A DNA stretch of 39,079 nt from a virus: the IMG/VR virus record IMGVR_UViG_3300045988_151092. One strand, 5' to 3'. Shown here piece after piece: positions 24,415 through 35,086 of this stretch. Position 1 is the first letter of the stretch; the number at the start of each line of letters is the position of its first letter. The notes beneath the pieces were generated by a model. That model worked only from the letters and a program-made list of their open reading frames with translations, was not told the origin of the DNA and did no database searches. The position numbers and the translations under genes were made by a program.

Positions 24415-24873
24415 ATGGCATTTACAGGAGTTTTTCCAGTATACAATCTTAAATTTAAGATAGGAACAAAAGGAAAAGCAAGTCAATCTCAAGATATGCA
24501 GACTATAGCTGATATGGAGAACTTTGGTATAAAAATTGATGGTAAGGTAGAAGATTGGACACCAATGGATACAGCAGGTTGGGCAAGAAGTTTAATGACA
24601 GGAAAGAGTTTCTCTATATCTTTAAAAGGTAAAAGACATGTTGGCGATGCTGGAAATGATTATGTTGCAGCAACTGCATGGAAGGATGGATTAGATTGTA
24701 GTACAAAAGGAGAAATGGAGTTCCCAGATGGGTCTAAACTTACATTTAATTGTGTAATTGATATTAAAAATGTAGGTGGAGATGATAGTACAAAGGTTGC
24801 TCCGTTAGAATTTGACTTAAAAGGTGACGGAAAACCAGAATATACAGAAGCACCATCAAGCTTAGGACATTAG
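24415..24873 (+). CDS. Major tail (tube) protein
   Basis: 152 aa, directly before the chaperone pair and the tape measure gene. Confidence 0.7.
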   Translation: MAFTGVFPVYNLKFKIGTKGKASQSQDMQTIADMENFGIKIDGKVEDWTPMDTAGWARSLMTGKSFSISLKGKRHVGDAGNDYVAATAWKDGLDCSTKGEMEFPDGSKLTFNCVIDIKNVGGDDSTKVAPLEFDLKGDGKPEYTEAPSSLGH

Positions 24874-24885
24874 GAGGTATAAACA

Positions 24886-25254
24886 ATGGCAAAAGTATAT
24901 GACATAATGAATAAGTTAGTTAATGTAAAACCAACAGTAAAGATAGATGAAGATCACGAATATAAAATTAATAATACAAAGAATAATGCTATATATATTC
25001 AATCATTAGTTAAAGAAAATAAGAAAAAAGATGATAAAAAACAGGATGAGATGGAGCTTATTAATAAAATAATAAAAGCTTCCCTAGGTAAAGAAGCTTT
25101 TGAATATATAGATAGTAAAGGTGATGAGTGGAGCATGTCAGCATATAATGCAATAATAAATGTAATAATGGCTGCTATATCTAATGTTGAATTAGAAGAA
25201 ATTGAAGAAATGAGTGAGAAAGAGGCAAAGCGATTTCAAGAAAGTAAAGAATAA
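24886..25254 (+). CDS. Tail assembly chaperone (gpG analogue)
   Basis: An acidic protein directly upstream of the tape measure gene, overlapped by a second ORF. Confidence 0.7.
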   Translation: MAKVYDIMNKLVNVKPTVKIDEDHEYKINNTKNNAIYIQSLVKENKKKDDKKQDEMELINKIIKASLGKEAFEYIDSKGDEWSMSAYNAIINVIMAAISNVELEEIEEMSEKEAKRFQESKE

Positions 25255-25576
25255 TCAATGGTATGATTTATTTGAAGATTGGGAGCTTATAGAAGCTTCT
25301 TTTACAGCTCAATATGGAATTAGATTAAGAACTGAAACTGATATGACTTGGGATGAATTTTGTACATTACTTAGTGGAATAATGCCTAAAACACCACTAG
25401 GTCAAATTGTTTCAATAAGAAGTGAAGAAGATGAAAATATACTTAAGAACTTTACTGAAGAACAACATAAGATTCGCAATGAATGGAGAGGTAGACAAGT
25501 AGAGCAAATGACAGATGAAGAAAAAGAGGAACAAATAAAAGAAATACAAGAAATTCTTAAAAAGGCGTTTAGTTAA
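25214..25576 (+). CDS. Tail assembly chaperone extension (gpT analogue), probably made only as a frameshift fusion
   Basis: There is no ATG and no good RBS. The frame opens at 25214 after a TGA and lies in the +1 frame relative to 24886-25254. Confidence 0.55.
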   Translation: MRKRQSDFKKVKNNQWYDLFEDWELIEASFTAQYGIRLRTETDMTWDEFCTLLSGIMPKTPLGQIVSIRSEEDENILKNFTEEQHKIRNEWRGRQVEQMTDEEKEEQIKEIQEILKKAFS

Positions 25577-25616
25577 AACTAAATGTCTTTTTTATTTTAA
25601 GAAAGGTGGTGAGGTA

Positions 25617-28600
25617 ATGGCAGATGCAGATTCAGTAGGGAAAATTGGTCTTGATTTAGAGATACAAGATGGTGATATAGGAAAACAAATAGAAAAGATG
25701 GCTAGTGCTATAGGTAGTCAAATAAGTAAGTCACTAGAAGGAATAACAGGAAAATTTGATTTTAATTCAATAACGAAAGGAATTTCTGAATCTTTAAATA
25801 AAGGAATGAATAATATTGATGAAACTATAAAATCTAGTGTTGAGAAAAGTAAAGCTAATATTCTTAAGACAATAGAAGAAATAAAATCAAAAGCTTTAGA
25901 TGCTATAAGAAGTATAATAGCTAAATCTAAAGAAATAAAAATTCCTATTCAGTTTTCTCCAGTTAGTAATATTGCAATACCTAGTAGCAAGGTAGCAACG
26001 CAACCAATAAGTAGAAGAGGACCACCAAAAAGTAATGTTGGAGATTTAGAATCTATAAAATCTAAGATTGAAAATCTTTCTAATAGTTTAGAGATAACTA
26101 ATAGATCAATAGAGCAGCAACAAGAAAAATTATCAGGATTGAAGGCTGCTTATAATTCTACGTTTAATCAAGCTAGAAAAAACAAATTACAAGAGCAAAT
26201 ATTAAAAACAGAAGCTGTTATAAATAAACTTATAGCTAAATCTGATGCAACAGGGTTTAAATTAGCTGATTTAGATAGGCAGTTTGAGAAATTAGGTAAT
26301 TCAGCTAAGAATTCTACTTTAGGATTAAATGAAGCAAGTAATAGTATGAAGAGGCTTGAAAATACTACAAGTAGAACAAATAGAAATTTAAGAAATGCTA
26401 ATAACTCTACTAGACGATATAGAGAAAATATGAATGGTGCTAGAAGTGCAACAGGGATGTTTATTGATAGTATGTTTAGGTGGGGAATAGTATTCCCTTT
26501 AGTAATGAAGGGGATAAACACTGTTGCTAGTTATATAGGAAGTGCTTTAATGACTAATGCTCAGTTTGCAAACAGTTTAGCACAAATTAGAACTAATCTT
26601 ATGGTTGCTTTTATGCCTATTTATCAAGCGGTTTTACCTGCATTAAATGCTTTAATGAGTGCTTTAGCAACTGTAACTGCATATATTGCAGCTTTTATAA
26701 GTGCTATATTTGGTAAAACATATCAAGCTAGTTTTGGTGCTGCTAAAAGTATGAATGCTTCTATAGCTTCAATGAAGAATATGGAGAAGCAAGGTAAGAA
26801 AACATCAGGAGCAGTAGATAAAATAGGAGATTCAGCAGAAAAGACTAAGAGAAAAATACAAAATTCTCTAGCTGGATTTGATGAAATAAATAAATTAAGT
26901 ATCCCAGATGATTCCGATAAAGCTCCAAAGGCTCCAAAAGGAGGAGGCGGTGGTGGAGGAATAGATCCAATACCAATGGTTGCACCTAATGTGGATTTAA
27001 GTCCAACAAGTGTAGCAATGCAAAAAATAAATGCCATGGTAGAGAAGTTAAAAGATATTATATCTAAAATATTTCAACCTTTTAAAGCAGCGTGGGCAAG
27101 AGAAGGAGTTGCAACAATTGCAAGTATTAAATATGCATTACATGGAATTGGGGAACTTATAAAAGCTATAGGTAGTAGTTTCTTAGAGGTATGGACTAAT
27201 GGAACTGGAGAAGAAATACTTGTAGTTATTCTACAAATTTTACAAAACATATTTAATATAGTTGGAGATATAGCAATTACATTTGCAGATGCTTGGAATG
27301 CTGGAGGAATAGGAACAGCTATAGTTAAATCTTTAGCAAATGCTCTTTTAAATGCACTTACATTAATTAAGCATATGGGAGATTCTTTAAGGCAAGTTTG
27401 GGGAGAAATTGGTCCTGGATTAGCAACTACATTCATGCAAATATTAAATGCAACATCAGGAGTATTAGAAAATTTAACTCAAAAATTAATTTATGTTTGG
27501 GATAATGGAGGTAGTCATTTATTCCAGGGATTTATAAGGCTAGGAGCAAAAATATTTGAATTAGCTGGGTATATTTATACTAATTTTGTTGCTCCTATGG
27601 TTAATTGGTTTGTAAACATGATAGCTCCAGTTCTAGCTAAATTAGCAGATATATTAGGAATTGTTTTAGATGCGTTTAGCAACTTAATAAATTGGTTAAT
27701 GGGTAGTGGAAAGCCAGTATTAGATACAATTATTATTGTTTTAGGAAGTCTTGGTGCTTCTATACTAATAGTTAAAGGAGCATTAACTTTATGGACAATA
27801 GCTCAAACAATTTGGACAACTGTAGCAAAAATAAGTACTATAGCAACAACATTACTAGGTGGAGCAATAGCATTTTTAACAAGTCCAATAGGAATTGCAA
27901 TAGTTGCTATAACAGCAATAATAGCTAGTGGAGTAGCTTTATATAAAAATTGGGACTTTGTAAAAGCTAAAGCTATAGAAATATGGGGAAAAATAAAAGA
28001 CATATTTAATAGCTTTAAAGAATGGTTAAGGAATGTTTTCCAAACAGATTGGTCAAATTGTTTTGGAGTATTAGGGAATCTATTAAATCTTTTCTTAAAA
28101 AATGTAGATAATGTTTTTCAATCTATCAAAAAAATATTTGGTGGAATAATAGACTTTGTAACCGGAGTATTTACTGGAAACTGGAGCAGAGCTTGGCATG
28201 GCGTTGTAGATATTTTCAAAGGTATAATGAGTGGATTAGGTTCTGTAATTAAAGCGCCTCTAAACTCCGTTATTGGGCTAATTAATATGGCTATAGATGG
28301 TTTAAACAAAATTAGTTTTACTACTCCAGATTGGATTCCTGGTATTGGTGGTAAGCACTTTGGAGTTAACATAGCTAAAATGCCTTATTTGGCTAAAGGC
28401 GGTATAGTAGATAAACCAACACAAGCCGTAATAGGAGAGGCTGGAACAGAGGCAGTAGTACCACTAGAAAATAATACTGGTGGATTAAATTTACTTGCTA
28501 TTAAACTTTCAGAAAGAATTAATAATATGTTATTACTTTCTAATAATGCATTAAAACAACCTGATTTAACAATGTTAGGTCAAAATATTAATAGTAATGA

Positions 28601-28829
28601 AAAGAAGAGTATTAATGATCCAGAGTTCATAGAAAAAATAAAAGAAGTTATAATAGAAGCTATTTTAGAAGCGATGAAGAATAAAAAAGATAATAGCTAT
28701 AATAATTCAGGGCCTCAAGAGAGTGGTGATTTAATATTAAGAATAAAAGATACTGATTTAGGTAGAATTGCAATAGAAGCTATAAATAAAGTGAATAGAC
28801 AAGCTGGAGAGCAATTATTAAATCTTTAG
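25617..28829 (+). CDS. Tape measure protein
   Basis: 1070 aa with a coiled-coil N-terminal half, hydrophobic central helices and a Gly run (GGGGGG). Confidence 0.9.
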   Translation: MADADSVGKIGLDLEIQDGDIGKQIEKMASAIGSQISKSLEGITGKFDFNSITKGISESLNKGMNNIDETIKSSVEKSKANILKTIEEIKSKALDAIRSIIAKSKEIKIPIQFSPVSNIAIPSSKVATQPISRRGPPKSNVGDLESIKSKIENLSNSLEITNRSIEQQQEKLSGLKAAYNSTFNQARKNKLQEQILKTEAVINKLIAKSDATGFKLADLDRQFEKLGNSAKNSTLGLNEASNSMKRLENTTSRTNRNLRNANNSTRRYRENMNGARSATGMFIDSMFRWGIVFPLVMKGINTVASYIGSALMTNAQFANSLAQIRTNLMVAFMPIYQAVLPALNALMSALATVTAYIAAFISAIFGKTYQASFGAAKSMNASIASMKNMEKQGKKTSGAVDKIGDSAEKTKRKIQNSLAGFDEINKLSIPDDSDKAPKAPKGGGGGGGIDPIPMVAPNVDLSPTSVAMQKINAMVEKLKDIISKIFQPFKAAWAREGVATIASIKYALHGIGELIKAIGSSFLEVWTNGTGEEILVVILQILQNIFNIVGDIAITFADAWNAGGIGTAIVKSLANALLNALTLIKHMGDSLRQVWGEIGPGLATTFMQILNATSGVLENLTQKLIYVWDNGGSHLFQGFIRLGAKIFELAGYIYTNFVAPMVNWFVNMIAPVLAKLADILGIVLDAFSNLINWLMGSGKPVLDTIIIVLGSLGASILIVKGALTLWTIAQTIWTTVAKISTIATTLLGGAIAFLTSPIGIAIVAITAIIASGVALYKNWDFVKAKAIEIWGKIKDIFNSFKEWLRNVFQTDWSNCFGVLGNLLNLFLKNVDNVFQSIKKIFGGIIDFVTGVFTGNWSRAWHGVVDIFKGIMSGLGSVIKAPLNSVIGLINMAIDGLNKISFTTPDWIPGIGGKHFGVNIAKMPYLAKGGIVDKPTQAVIGEAGTEAVVPLENNTGGLNLLAIKLSERINNMLLLSNNALKQPDLTMLGQNINSNEKKSINDPEFIEKIKEVIIEAILEAMKNKKDNSYNNSGPQESGDLILRIKDTDLGRIAIEAINKVNRQAGEQLLNL

Positions 28830-28832
28830 GAG

Positions 28833-29186
28833 GTGGCAACTATAGGAATTAGTATAAATGGAGTAGCAGTTGCTTCTCCAAAGAGTTTTAAGGTTAACAT
28901 AATGGATTTAGATGGAGAAAATACAGGAAGAAATTTATTAGGTGTAATGCTTAGAGATAGGATAAGAGTTACTAGAAAACTTGAGTGTGAATGGGGGCCT
29001 TTAACATCTAATGAGATTAAAACAATATTACAATCTGTAAGTGGAACAGAGTTTCAAGTTACTTATCCTGATCCAATGGAAGGAGTTACAACTAAAAATT
29101 TTTATGTAGGAGATAGAAGTACACCTGCTGTTGATTTTAATAAAAATTTATGGAAAGGGTTGTCTATGAATTTAATAGAAATATAA
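28833..29186 (+). CDS. Tail-module protein (at the distal-tail position), GTG start
   Basis: Placed immediately after the tape measure gene, with a GGAGG RBS. Confidence 0.5.
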   Translation: MATIGISINGVAVASPKSFKVNIMDLDGENTGRNLLGVMLRDRIRVTRKLECEWGPLTSNEIKTILQSVSGTEFQVTYPDPMEGVTTKNFYVGDRSTPAVDFNKNLWKGLSMNLIEI

Positions 29187-29209
29187 ATAAAGGAAAGAAG
29201 GAATATAAA

Positions 29210-29503
29210 ATGGCAGAATTAGAAAATAAAATTACACCTGTAGAATCTACAGCAAAAGTAACAAGTACAATAACAGAATCTACAAATCTTAATGGAACAG
29301 TAGATATAGAAAAGGATGGAATGAAGCAAACAGCATTAACAATGAGTTGTAGCTTAACTCAAAATACAGTTGCTAACATTCAAACATATGTAGTTAATAT
29401 GGATTTATTCTTATCAAACTCTCAGTTAGTTCAAGCTGAAGTTCAAAAATTTAGAGATAAAGCAACACAAGTAGGAAAAAGCTTAAATTGTTTTGTATTT
29501 TAG
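29210..29503 (+). CDS. Hypothetical tail-module protein
   Basis: The ATG at 29210 is RBS-backed. A terminator follows at 29507-29536. Confidence 0.5.
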   Translation: MAELENKITPVESTAKVTSTITESTNLNGTVDIEKDGMKQTALTMSCSLTQNTVANIQTYVVNMDLFLSNSQLVQAEVQKFRDKATQVGKSLNCFVF

Positions 29504-29506
29504 TAT

Positions 29507-29536
29507 AAGAGCTTACAGTTAGTAAGCTCTTTTTTA
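29507..29536 (+). terminator. Intrinsic terminator inside the tail module
   Basis: The hairpin aagagcttac-agtta-gtaagctctt is followed by tttt. Confidence 0.75.
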
Positions 29537-29564
29537 ATAGAATTTAAAAAAAGAGGTATTCAAA

Positions 29565-29945
29565 ATGGTTAAAATGACAAATAAAGAAATATTAGAAAAA
29601 GTTAATGTATTAGGAGAAATAAGTTCAAGAAAGTTACCAGTTAAAGTTTCTTATGCTATAGGCAAGAATATATCTAAAGTTGAAAGAGAATTAAAACACT
29701 ATAATAAAGAAAGGCAAAAATTAATAGAAGAATATTGTTTAAAAGAAGATGATGGAACTCTAAAAATAACAGAGGGAAATTATGATATTGATCCAGAAAG
29801 ATTAGAGTATTTTAATAAAGAAATTAATGAATTACAAGAAATTGAAGTTGAAATGGATATACATAAATTTAATATTGAATTATTAAATGGTTATGAAATG
29901 AGTCCAGGAGAGTTAATGTGTATTGACTTTATGATAGAGGAATAA
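29565..29945 (+). CDS. Hypothetical protein preceding the fibre gene
   Basis: RBS AAGAGG. Co-oriented with the fibre gene. Confidence 0.55.
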   Translation: MVKMTNKEILEKVNVLGEISSRKLPVKVSYAIGKNISKVERELKHYNKERQKLIEEYCLKEDDGTLKITEGNYDIDPERLEYFNKEINELQEIEVEMDIHKFNIELLNGYEMSPGELMCIDFMIEE

Positions 29946-29980
29946 TATAAATATTAATCTTTAGGAAAGGGGGTTAGTAT

Positions 29981-32900
29981 TTGTTTAAAGTATCAGAAGC
30001 ATTTAATAAAGAAATAAATAAGTTACAAGGAAGAAAATTTAATGCTAAGGTTATTATAAGAGATAAAGAATATAGTGGAAATCAAATATATGAAATGAAT
30101 TTAGAGGAATCAGTTAATCCTAGTGATAGTTTTTCTATAGGATCAATTTGTTCTAACAGTTTCGATATAAAACTAATTAATACAGGAGATATATTTGATA
30201 ATGCTATTGTAAAACCATATGTAGGATTGTATATAGGAGATGATATAGAATATATACCTTTAGGTGTATTTACTGTAATTAAGACTAGTGTAAAAGGAAA
30301 ATTTATAAATCTTGAGTGTGTAGATAATATGCTAGGGTTAGAAAAAGTATATTTTTCAGATTTATCTTATCCAGCAGATATAAACGATATTGCTAAAGAA
30401 ATATGTAAAAAGGCAGGCGTTAATTTAGCCAGTAAATTACCTAATTATAGAGTTAATAAAATAGAGGGATATTCATTAAGGGAAGCTATAGGATTTATAG
30501 CTTCCCTTTGTGGTTCATTTGCTAGATTTAATAGGATAGGTGACTTAGAAGTTAGAGATTATGAGGTAGTAAAGCAGGAAATGACACCTCATAATTTATT
30601 TAAATTAGATATTGAAGCTAATGAGTGTATTATAAAAAAAGTAATAGCAAAAAAAGGTGAAGAAGAATTAAGTACTGGTACAGATGATGGAAATAAAATT
30701 GTATTCAATAATCCAATAATAACTAAAGAAATTTTAAGTGATATATATACTAAATATAATGGGTTTAAATATATACCATATACAGCTAAGTGGAAAGGTA
30801 ACCCAGCTATAATGGCTGGAGATATATTAAATTTAACTGATTTAAATGGGAATAAATATAATACTTTAATAATGGAGCAAAAGTTTACCTATAAGAATGG
30901 TATTTCATCAGAAGTAAAGGCTAAAGGAAAAACTAGACAAGATTCTAGCTTTGATAATAAAGGATCAGTTACTCAATCAATGGAGAGATATTCTATTGAA
31001 CAAGCAAATATAAAAAAGGCTTTAATAGATAAGGCTAGTATAAATGATTTAACAGCTGTTGATGCTAAAATACAGAGGTTATATACAGATGATTTAACAG
31101 CGATAAGAGCTGATATAGTTACTTTAAATTCTCAAAAAGCTAATATTGTAGAATTAAACTCGATAAAAGCAGATTTACAACAAGCTATAATTGGTAAAGC
31201 TAATATAACAGATTTAAACGCAGCAGTTGGAAAAATAAATGTATTAGAATCTAAAACAGCTAGTATAGAAAATGCACTTAATAAAAATCTTACAGCAGAA
31301 AATATAGCGACAGGAGCAATAACAGCTGGTTCGGGAATAATAGCAGAGGGAGCTATAGGAGATGCAGAAATAAGTTCTTTATCTGTAAATAAGTTAAAAG
31401 TTGGAGATATAACAACTAGCAAACATAGAATTGTTAGTGCAGATGGAACCATAGAAATTGTAGGAAATCAAATTCTTATTAATAGAAATAATGTTAATAG
31501 AGTTATATTAGGAGAGTATAGGAAAACAGATAGTACTACAGATTATGGACTACTTATCAGAGGTAAAGATGGTAAAACCATAATGATTGATTCAGATGGA
31601 GTTCATAATGCAGGGATAACTAATGGAGCTATAGATAATAATAAAGTAGCTGACAACGCTAATATAAGTGGTAATAAGCTAGATATAAATAGTGTTATTA
31701 GAGAAGTAAACAATAATGGTACTGAAACTATTAAGGGTACTAAGGTTACTGTAGGTGATAGAACTTTAGATGTAGAATTATCTACACAAAATAATACTAT
31801 TACAGAGCATAGCAAAGAACTATCTAGTCAAAAAGCTTCCTTAACCGCTTTAGATAATGCATTAAAGTTTAAAGTAGATTCACAAACTTTTACTCAGAGT
31901 ACAACTACTATAAATAATAATATTAATAGAGCTAAGGAAGAAGCTATAAATAGTTCTAATTCTCACGCTGATAGTAAAGCTAATGAAGCTCTTAATAATG
32001 CTAAAGCTTTTGTTAATTCAGAAATTACTAATGTTAATACTCATTTGAATAAAAACACTAGCGAGATAAATATTCTAAAAGATCAGATAGAAAGTAAAGT
32101 ATCTCAATCAGATATAGATAAATCTATTCAAAATATTGAGTTTGGTGGAAGAAATCTATTTTTAAAAAGTAAAGGTCCATTTAAAAGCTCTAATGAATAT
32201 GTAGGAATTTCAATAACTTCTGTTGTAGAAAAATATTTAAATAAAAAAATTACAATATCAGCAGATGTAAAAGCTAATAAAGTTGGGAAAATTAGATTTT
32301 ATTCTCTAGGTGGATATTCTGTAGGATTTTGGGTTGAGAGAGATGTAACTACAGAATGGACAAGAATAAAAGCTACTGGAAAGTTTACACTTAATGATGA
32401 AAAACAAAAGTGGTGTGATTTAAGTTTTTATGGTACTTATGGAAGTGGACTATTTACTGAAGTTAGAAATGTAAAAATAGAATTAGGAGAATTGGCTAGT
32501 GATTATACAGAGGCTCCAGAAGATACTGACAAGCTAATTATAGACAATATAAAAACAGTAACAGATAAAATATCTACAGTAGAAAGTAAACTTACACAAG
32601 AAAATAATAGTATAAAAGCTAGTGTTCAAGATTTAAATTCTACAACTCAAAGTATTACAACTAATGTAAGTAATATAAATAGAGATTTAATAAGTAAAAT
32701 AAATTCTAATTTAGCTGTAGCTAAAAGTTTTGCTACAGATATAGCTATAGCAAAAGCTAATCTTGCAAGAGAACAAGCTATAGCTTCAGCTGATGGCAAG
32801 ATTACAGAAGAAGAAAGAAAGAGAATACAACAAGCACAGGAAAATCTTGATACGGCTATAGCAAGAGCAGATAAAGCTAAACAAGATGCAATTAATGCAG

Positions 32901-35086
32901 CAAGTACAGATGCAACTAATAAAGCTAATAATGCTTTAAATAGTGCTAAAGCTTTTGTTAATGCAGAAATAACAACAGTTAATAATAAAGTGCATAACGT
33001 AGAAAGTAATATTGATATATTAAAAAATAAAATTGCTCTTAAAGTTGAACAATCAGACATAGATAAAACAAAAACAGAGTTAATTAATAAGATAAATGTT
33101 GTAGATAATTTAGCTAATAACGCTAAAGATTTAGCTAGTGCCATGAGCTTAGGTAAAATGTTATTTAGTGATCCTACATTTAAAAATAGTTCTAACAATA
33201 TTAAAACTTACAATAACAATGGAAATGGAACAGTAACAACTTCAAGAATTTCTAAAATAAATGGATGTCCAACTGATTCACAATATTGTATAGAAGTAAA
33301 AACTGTTGGAAGTGCAAGTCCTAACCATGGTGGATTTTATTTTGGAAATATGACTAGAGCAAATGCAATATTTGTAACGAAAATTATTGCTAAAATTCCA
33401 GTTGGATTAAGAATAGGGTGGTATTCAAATTCAACAGGGAATAATGGGAGTTCTAAATGGTTAACATCAGTAAATGGAACAGGTAAGTGGGAAGAGTATA
33501 TACATTTATTAAAATGTGGTGATACAGGAAGTTTTTCTAGTACCAGTTTCTTTGCATTAGATGGAGGGGGAACTCCAACATCTAGCAATCCAATAATTTG
33601 GCATATAGCTTATGCAACTGTTTTTGATATAACTGAAAATGATGAATCAGTTAATATATTAAAAACTGAAATGTCAACAGCTAAGAATAAGGTGGCAACA
33701 ATAGAAACTAATTTAGATAGTATAACTCAAAGAATAAGTTCTACAGAAAGCAAAACACGTTCTATAGAAACTACATTAGGTGGGAAAGCATCTAAGCAAG
33801 AGGTAACAGAAGTTAATAATAGAGTTGCAACTATAAAAGCTAGTTTAGATTCAATAACTCAAAGAGTAAGCTCTACAGAAAGTAAAGCACAAACTTTAGA
33901 AAGTAATATTAATGATAAAGCTAGTAAGCAGGAAGTAGTTAATATTAATGGTAGAGTTACTAATGTAGAAACTAACTTAAATGGGATAACTAATAGAGTT
34001 AGTGCTACAGAGAGTAGAATAAACACACTAGATGGAAGAGTTGCTAGTGCTGTAACTATACAGCAGTTTACAGAGTATAAACAATCTAATAGAGATTTTC
34101 AACTTAGAGTTGCACAGACAACTAATCTACACAACTTAGTACCTAATGGAACTTTTGCAGGTGGATTAAGAGAGTGGATATGTGGAGGAGAGTTCTGGAG
34201 TGGTCCTTATACTGGATATGGATTTAGTGGGAAGGTATGTGGAGCTGTAAAAAATAAAAGTACATCAGAAAAGTTTTTAACTTCTTATAAATCTTTTAAA
34301 GTAGAAAAAAATACAACATATACACTAAATTTTCACTACAAAGTAGAACAGAATATACAAAGCATGGAAGCATTTGTAATGCTAAGTAATACAGAATCTG
34401 GTGATTATGGACAAGTAATAAGAGTTATGCAAGCTTTAGGGGGAGAAAGAAGCGATTTAACCAATGACATTCCATATAGCTTTACGTTTAATACTGGTAA
34501 TTTCGAGTGGGTATGGCTACGTTTCGATAATAATGGAATGAAGCCCAATACTAATTTAGATGAATATTGTTGGCTTTATATAAGTGAAGTAGCTGTCTAT
34601 AAAGGAAATGTAGGAGCAGTAAAATATTTGCCTAAGGGTGGCGAAACATACGATACAACATTTAAATTAGATGGAATGGGCTATAACTGTAAATTTGCTA
34701 GTGGTGCATGGAATCAAATTGGAGAAGAAGGTAATATGTGGTATGCTCCAGGGATGAAATATCCATATCGTTCTTTAAGTTATCATGAAGCTGTATCAAT
34801 AAATACAGATGGAAGTAATAATTATATTTATAGAGATGTTCAGTTGCCAGCTAGATTTGACTATGTAGATCCACAATATATTGATATAACAGCATCACTA
34901 AAAGGTTGGTATAAATATACTGGAAAGCCGTTTAGTTCAGAAAATATTACTGTTTCTACTGGTAGAGTATATAGAGCAAATGGACATACCTATGCACAAG
35001 TTGCTTGTAGAGGATGTATAAGAGATAATGATACATTTACAACAGAAGGACTACAGGTAGTAGCAACTTTACATGTAACAGCTTAG
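29981..35086 (+). CDS. Tail-associated / receptor-binding fibre protein (1701 aa). It has an N-terminal prophage-tail-like domain, coiled coils and three beta-rich carbohydrate-binding-like modules
   Basis: TTG start after AAAGGGGG. Internal duplications are visible, and its position is after the tape measure gene and before the lysis genes. Confidence 0.8.
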   Translation: MFKVSEAFNKEINKLQGRKFNAKVIIRDKEYSGNQIYEMNLEESVNPSDSFSIGSICSNSFDIKLINTGDIFDNAIVKPYVGLYIGDDIEYIPLGVFTVIKTSVKGKFINLECVDNMLGLEKVYFSDLSYPADINDIAKEICKKAGVNLASKLPNYRVNKIEGYSLREAIGFIASLCGSFARFNRIGDLEVRDYEVVKQEMTPHNLFKLDIEANECIIKKVIAKKGEEELSTGTDDGNKIVFNNPIITKEILSDIYTKYNGFKYIPYTAKWKGNPAIMAGDILNLTDLNGNKYNTLIMEQKFTYKNGISSEVKAKGKTRQDSSFDNKGSVTQSMERYSIEQANIKKALIDKASINDLTAVDAKIQRLYTDDLTAIRADIVTLNSQKANIVELNSIKADLQQAIIGKANITDLNAAVGKINVLESKTASIENALNKNLTAENIATGAITAGSGIIAEGAIGDAEISSLSVNKLKVGDITTSKHRIVSADGTIEIVGNQILINRNNVNRVILGEYRKTDSTTDYGLLIRGKDGKTIMIDSDGVHNAGITNGAIDNNKVADNANISGNKLDINSVIREVNNNGTETIKGTKVTVGDRTLDVELSTQNNTITEHSKELSSQKASLTALDNALKFKVDSQTFTQSTTTINNNINRAKEEAINSSNSHADSKANEALNNAKAFVNSEITNVNTHLNKNTSEINILKDQIESKVSQSDIDKSIQNIEFGGRNLFLKSKGPFKSSNEYVGISITSVVEKYLNKKITISADVKANKVGKIRFYSLGGYSVGFWVERDVTTEWTRIKATGKFTLNDEKQKWCDLSFYGTYGSGLFTEVRNVKIELGELASDYTEAPEDTDKLIIDNIKTVTDKISTVESKLTQENNSIKASVQDLNSTTQSITTNVSNINRDLISKINSNLAVAKSFATDIAIAKANLAREQAIASADGKITEEERKRIQQAQENLDTAIARADKAKQDAINAASTDATNKANNALNSAKAFVNAEITTVNNKVHNVESNIDILKNKIALKVEQSDIDKTKTELINKINVVDNLANNAKDLASAMSLGKMLFSDPTFKNSSNNIKTYNNNGNGTVTTSRISKINGCPTDSQYCIEVKTVGSASPNHGGFYFGNMTRANAIFVTKIIAKIPVGLRIGWYSNSTGNNGSSKWLTSVNGTGKWEEYIHLLKCGDTGSFSSTSFFALDGGGTPTSSNPIIWHIAYATVFDITENDESVNILKTEMSTAKNKVATIETNLDSITQRISSTESKTRSIETTLGGKASKQEVTEVNNRVATIKASLDSITQRVSSTESKAQTLESNINDKASKQEVVNINGRVTNVETNLNGITNRVSATESRINTLDGRVASAVTIQQFTEYKQSNRDFQLRVAQTTNLHNLVPNGTFAGGLREWICGGEFWSGPYTGYGFSGKVCGAVKNKSTSEKFLTSYKSFKVEKNTTYTLNFHYKVEQNIQSMEAFVMLSNTESGDYGQVIRVMQALGGERSDLTNDIPYSFTFNTGNFEWVWLRFDNNGMKPNTNLDEYCWLYISEVAVYKGNVGAVKYLPKGGETYDTTFKLDGMGYNCKFASGAWNQIGEEGNMWYAPGMKYPYRSLSYHEAVSINTDGSNNYIYRDVQLPARFDYVDPQYIDITASLKGWYKYTGKPFSSENITVSTGRVYRANGHTYAQVACRGCIRDNDTFTTEGLQVVATLHVTA
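33692..34045 (+). repeat. About 2.7 tandem copies of a 132-nt (44-aa) coiled-coil repeat inside the fibre gene
   Basis: Units start at 33692, 33824 and 33956 (VATIETNLDSITQRISSTESK... / VATIKASLDSITQRVSSTESK... / VTNVETNLNGITNRVSATESR...). Confidence 0.85.

Noticed and set aside
23611-24492. Minus-strand ORFs 23611-23907, 24246-24446 and 24265-24492
   Set aside because: They are antisense to tightly packed, translationally coupled head-tail genes.
26168-28372. Five minus-strand ORFs inside the tape measure gene
   Set aside because: They are antisense shadows with hydrophobic low-complexity translations and no RBSs.
31132-33588. Minus-strand ORFs inside the fibre gene
   Set aside because: They are antisense shadows of the repeat-rich coiled-coil coding sequence.
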